IMG/VR virus record: IMGVR_UViG_3300037470_000663
Location: 1 to 56,870 of that record
From: a virus
Taxonomy: Duplodnaviria > Caudoviricetes
Reading direction: 5' to 3' (one strand)
DNA: 56,870 bases
Part shown: piece by piece, positions 54,091 to 56,870 of the stretch
How the letters are laid out: each line of letters opens with the position of its first letter
How positions within the stretch are numbered: the stretch's first letter is position 1
The notes under the pieces: generated by a model
Told to the model about the DNA's origin: nothing
Seen by the model: the letters and a program-made list of their open reading frames with translations, nothing else
The model's database searches: none
Made by a program: the position numbers and the translations under genes

Positions 54091-54158
54091 CACTGTGTCC
54101 TTTGTTGGATATTGGGGCCGCCTTCTTCTTTCTGGGAGTGGGGCGGTCCCTTTTTTAT

Positions 54159-54359
54159 TTAACTCCAAATAATTGACTGCATGACATCTTTCATACCCTG
54201 CATAAAGTGGGGCGACCCTGCGGCGTCCCATTCTTGGGTAGCGACTTGCAGGAATTTTTCCTTGCCCATTGCGTTGATAATGGCCTCTGCCTCGCTGCCA
54301 ATTCTGCCAGTGGCTAAAAGCCATGCTAAGGTTTGTTCTGCTACGCTTAAAGATGTCAT
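54159..54359 (-). CDS. First gene of the leftward operon (Cro position), hypothetical
   Basis: Directly downstream of the leftward promoter; no clear HTH. Confidence 0.55.
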   Translation of the reverse strand: MTSLSVAEQTLAWLLATGRIGSEAEAIINAMGKEKFLQVATQEWDAAGSPHFMQGMKDVMQSIIWS

Positions 54360-54403
54360 TGTCTCTTTTCCTTGCCCGGTGGGGCGGCTTTTTGTATATA
54401 GGA

Positions 54404-54478
54404 ATTGTAAACGATTCTTTACGATTTGTCAACACCTAAAATTTACTCATTGACAAAACGGCAATGAGCGTTTACACT
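54404..54478. promoter_or_regulatory. Back-to-back promoters of the lysis/lysogeny switch
   Basis: - strand TTGACA-17-TACAAT (54432..54404); + strand TTGACA-17-TACACT (54450..54478); both contain CGTTTACA. Confidence 0.8.
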
Positions 54479-54515
54479 GGGTGGAAATTTTTACCAATGA
54501 GGAGGTGAGACGCAA

Positions 54516-54818
54516 GTGGCAGCTTTTCGGACAAACTTTTGGAAACTCTTGAGCGAGAAGGAACAAAGTGAAAGCGAACGATACACCAATATCACAGCCC
54601 TGGCTGACAAAATTGGCACCACCCGCCCCACACTGTATAAGTACGCAGACGAACCCATGACCAGCGTTGACGCGGGTGTAATTTATTCTTTCCTGAAATT
54701 CTTTGACTTGGGGGTAGATGAGATCGGTAAGTTTCTAGTAATAGACCTCTCCCCACAACCAGACGCTCAAGAGATTCGCGTAAGTGGGGCGGCTGAAACG
54801 GCCGTTCCTGCTACGTAA
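54516..54818 (+). CDS. XRE/Cro-C1 HTH repressor
   Basis: ITALADKIGTTRPTLYKY HTH; GAGGAGG RBS; divergent arrangement. Confidence 0.82.
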   Translation: MAAFRTNFWKLLSEKEQSESERYTNITALADKIGTTRPTLYKYADEPMTSVDAGVIYSFLKFFDLGVDEIGKFLVIDLSPQPDAQEIRVSGAAETAVPAT

Positions 54819-54821
54819 AAC

Positions 54822-54858
54822 AAAAGGTCCGAGCCGCTTGCGACTCGAACCCTTTTTT
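54822..54858. terminator. Probable bidirectional terminator
   Basis: A run, imperfect stem, T run, between convergent genes. Confidence 0.55.
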
Positions 54859-54950
54859 GTGTCCCTACCCCGTTCTAGTTTGGCGACCGGACAGGGTAGG
54901 GTTAATTACAGCACCTTTACAATTTTACACTTTCAAGGCACAGGATTAAC

Positions 54951-55418
54951 TTAGTTGCCTACATCGACGCTCCAGTTGTTAAACCGGCTCGCGTTCAGCG
55001 TCGCAGCATCCAGCGCTTCGCCAGCGGCCGTAGCATCGCCATCGTCCAGCGCTCGCATTGCATCACGAAAGTGCCGGGCGGCAAACGCCAGCGTCTCTTG
55101 CTTCAGCGGGTAGGCATCCCGGCACTCAAACCGGTTGATCTTGACCAGCAGGGCAGTAACGGCCGTGTCTGCGGCCGACCTGCTGGAGGCGCTTCTGATG
55201 TCGGTCTCGTCGATAATATCGTTTAGCTCGTTCATTAACGGAGTGGCCTGACTGCGGTAAGTCTGCAAGGTGCAGCTCTCGGAGCCGGTGTCGGTGGCAG
55301 TAGAGCCGCCACCAAGCAGCGAAGGCAGCGCGGCCAGCAGTCCGGCAAAGGCCAGGGCGGCGATAATCAGCCATAGGCCCCAGTTCCTCTTTACGGGTTT
55401 CTCCGGTTCAGCAGTCAT
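54951..55418 (-). CDS. Membrane-anchored helical protein (possible superinfection exclusion)
   Basis: N-terminal TM; AGGAGG RBS; immunity-region position. Function is a guess. Confidence 0.6.
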   Translation of the reverse strand: MTAEPEKPVKRNWGLWLIIAALAFAGLLAALPSLLGGGSTATDTGSESCTLQTYRSQATPLMNELNDIIDETDIRSASSRSAADTAVTALLVKINRFECRDAYPLKQETLAFAARHFRDAMRALDDGDATAAGEALDAATLNASRFNNWSVDVGN

Positions 55419-55740
55419 AAATCCTCCTGTGTCTAATAACATCAGCATCTACGGCCGTCGATAACCAAACGCGTACGGCCGTTTTGCAAACTGGCGGCGG
55501 GTTTTTATTAACCCAACACTTCACCAACAAACTGTGTTTTCCCCGCCGCCTTTTTCTTTGGTTCCTACGGCCGTCTTCCCCGGCTGTGTGAATACCCCTC
55601 TCTTCCAGCCAGCGGCCGTTTGTCCTCTCCGAGAAACGGCCGTTGGCAAACTTTATTCGTGACTTCAGGAGAAGCAATGCATCAAAAAGAGATCGTCATA
55701 ATAAAAAATGGTTTGGTAGACGACAGCGCCAGGCGTTCCA

Positions 55741-56073
55741 TTAACGAAGCGCTACGTCAACACCGGAAACCCAGGCGTCTACGCGGTTTATGGCGACGCG
55801 CAAAAACGGTACTTCGCAAGCCTGGCCAGCCATGTAAATTGATACATCTGTCAGGTTTATTATGCCTTCTCCTTGTTTCTCTGGTGTGTTGGCGAAAATT
55901 CTCGATTCTTCTTCGTCAATATCCAGTCCGACCAAGATATCTTGAATCACGGATGCAGCTGGGGAGACAAGCCCGGTCACTATCTGGCCAGACATAAACA
56001 GTGTAATACGGGCGTTTGGTTTCGAGTCATTATTGGCGACGCGCGCCAATAGGTTCAAAATCTCGTCATTCAA
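55741..56073 (-). CDS. Hypothetical protein (ITL..G..VTG.L...INL.DV...RV.I..VDAW type)
   Basis: GAGGG RBS; Sm-like strand pattern. Confidence 0.65.
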   Translation of the reverse strand: MNDEILNLLARVANNDSKPNARITLFMSGQIVTGLVSPAASVIQDILVGLDIDEEESRIFANTPEKQGEGIINLTDVSIYMAGQACEVPFLRVAINRVDAWVSGVDVALR

Positions 56074-56192
56074 ATTTCAATCCCTCATGGGATTCTATTT
56101 ACAAAATCAGCCCGGCCGAACGGCCGACAAACCACCGGCCGGGCTTGAACGGATGAACCTTAACAATCAAATACTTGATCATTAACGCCAAG

Positions 56193-56263
56193 AGCGGGCA
56201 CCGGGAATCAAACCCGGCTCGCCTGATTGGAAGTCAGGAGCATTATCACTATGCTATGCCCGC
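56193..56263 (-). tRNA. Phage tRNA-Gly(TCC), CCA not encoded
   Basis: GCGGGCA/TGCCCGC acceptor stem, GCAT/ATGC D stem, CCTGA-CTTCCAA-TCAGG anticodon arm, CCGGG/CCCGG T stem, U73. Confidence 0.9.
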
Positions 56264-56264
56264 A

Positions 56265-56339
56265 TGGTGGGACCAGCAGGGATCGAACCTGCGACGAATC
56301 GGTTATGAGCCGACTGTTCTGCCACTGAACTATGGTCCC
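56265..56339 (-). tRNA. Phage tRNA with CAT anticodon (probably Ile2, possibly elongator Met)
   Basis: GGGACCA/TGGTCCC acceptor stem, GTCGG-CTCATAA-CCGAT, TTCGATC, ACCA end; lacks initiator features. Confidence 0.9.
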
Positions 56340-56403
56340 AAATGGGTTGTAAAATTAAGTGGTGGAGCTAATAGCTGGAGGTAACAAATAAGCTTGGAAG
56401 GCT
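56310..56403. repeat. 94-bp direct repeat, copy 2
   Basis: Identical to 1..94. Confidence 0.97.
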
Positions 56404-56409
56404 ATTGTG
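56385..56409. other. Hybrid att site (phage-host junction)
   Basis: Phage arm CAAATAAGC + TTGGAAG + host arm GCTATTGTG. Confidence 0.85.
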
Positions 56410-56430
56410 TTACCCCTACACCACTGCCGC
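56391..56430 (-). pseudogene. 5' half of host tRNA-Gly(TCC), cut at the anticodon arm
   Basis: GCGGCAG-TG-GTGT-AGGGGTA-ACAC-A-ATAGC-CTTCCAA-GCT; no T arm or acceptor partner follows. Confidence 0.85.
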
Positions 56431-56498
56431 ATGCCCGTAATCGGTAATCCGTAATCAAAAAACTGATCACTGGTTACTGTTCACCGATTACCGCACAG

Positions 56499-56572
56499 TC
56501 GGGGCGGCCGGATTCGAACCGACGACCTCTCGGACCCAAACCGAGCGCTCTACCAAGCTGAGCTACGCCCCG
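56499..56572 (-). tRNA. Host tRNA-Pro(TGG)
   Basis: CGGGGCG/CGCCCCG acceptor stem, CTCGG-TTTGGGT-CCGAG, GGTTCGAATCC. Confidence 0.96.
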
Positions 56573-56591
56573 AATTGCGTAACGACACGGT

Positions 56592-56620
56592 AGTATACTG
56601 TTGCTGTTACATGGCGTCAA
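56592..56620 (-). promoter_or_regulatory. Host tRNA operon promoter
   Basis: TTGACG-17-TATACT, about 20 bp upstream of tRNA-Pro. Confidence 0.7.
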
Positions 56621-56637
56621 CCACGAAACAAGGTTTT

Positions 56638-56870
56638 TCAGCTGCCATCATAATGGGTGTAGGGTTTGGGCGAATCATCCTGGCTTTGCCGCCAATGATG
56701 CACGACCATACGAAAAATATCCGATTCCGTGATAATGCCCACAAGTGTCCCGGTGGCATCGACCACGGGCAAACCGCTAATCTTGCGAGCTAGCATAATG
56801 TCGGCCGCTTCTCCAATGGTGGCGTCTGGTGAAACAAATTGGGGCGCTTTGCTCATCACCTGACCAAGAT
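56638..56870 (-). CDS. Host CBS-domain protein (C-terminal part)
   Basis: VSPDATIGEAADIML..KISGLPVVD..G.LVGIITESDIF. Confidence 0.92.
   Translation of the reverse strand, partial: LGQVMSKAPQFVSPDATIGEAADIMLARKISGLPVVDATGTLVGIITESDIFRMVVHHWRQSQDDSPKPYTHYDGS

Larger units (their letters stand above)
95..56403. mobile_element. Complete temperate phage/prophage (probable siphovirus), unit length about 56.3 kb, integrated in tRNA-Gly(TCC)
   Basis: Integrase, repressor switch, replication, terminase, portal, capsid, tail, tape measure and endolysin genes are all present. Positions 1..94 repeat exactly at 56310..56403, after which the sequence becomes host-like (tRNAs, CBS gene). No tail sheath gene recognised. 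Confidence 0.95.

Overview
The window is almost entirely one complete temperate phage genome of about 56.3 kb (unit length 95..56403), probably a siphovirus, plus about 470 bp of host DNA at the right end (5' half of tRNA-Gly(TCC), tRNA-Pro(TGG), end of a CBS-domain gene). Modules from left to right: tyrosine integrase next to an intact attP; + strand early/replication genes (O-like initiator with iterons, DnaB, ASCH, minimal PolX, HNH and T5orf172-like nucleases); a long - strand block of lysis, tail, head and packaging genes; accessory genes; a divergent repressor switch; two phage tRNAs. A Chloroflexota (Anaerolineae-like) host is inferred from an EAD7-like domain and a YLPLI motif. The most unusual signals are: (1) a Dam/D12-type methyltransferase cassette with 13 copies of a 20-bp imperfect palindrome, five over its promoter region and eight in frame inside the gene where the target-recognition domain normally sits; (2) extreme over-representation of the palindrome ACGGCCGT, which also marks every junction of a small-gene array at 50.3-52.0 kb; (3) integration into the tRNA-Gly anticodon loop without restoring the 3' half, apparently compensated by a recoded full-length phage tRNA-Gly; (4) four nuclease-family genes that each have their own promoter and antisense/attenuator-like leader; (5) a stand-alone EAD7-like protein and a caspase/CHAT-like protein in the late region. 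All calls come from reading the sequence by eye; no database searches were run.
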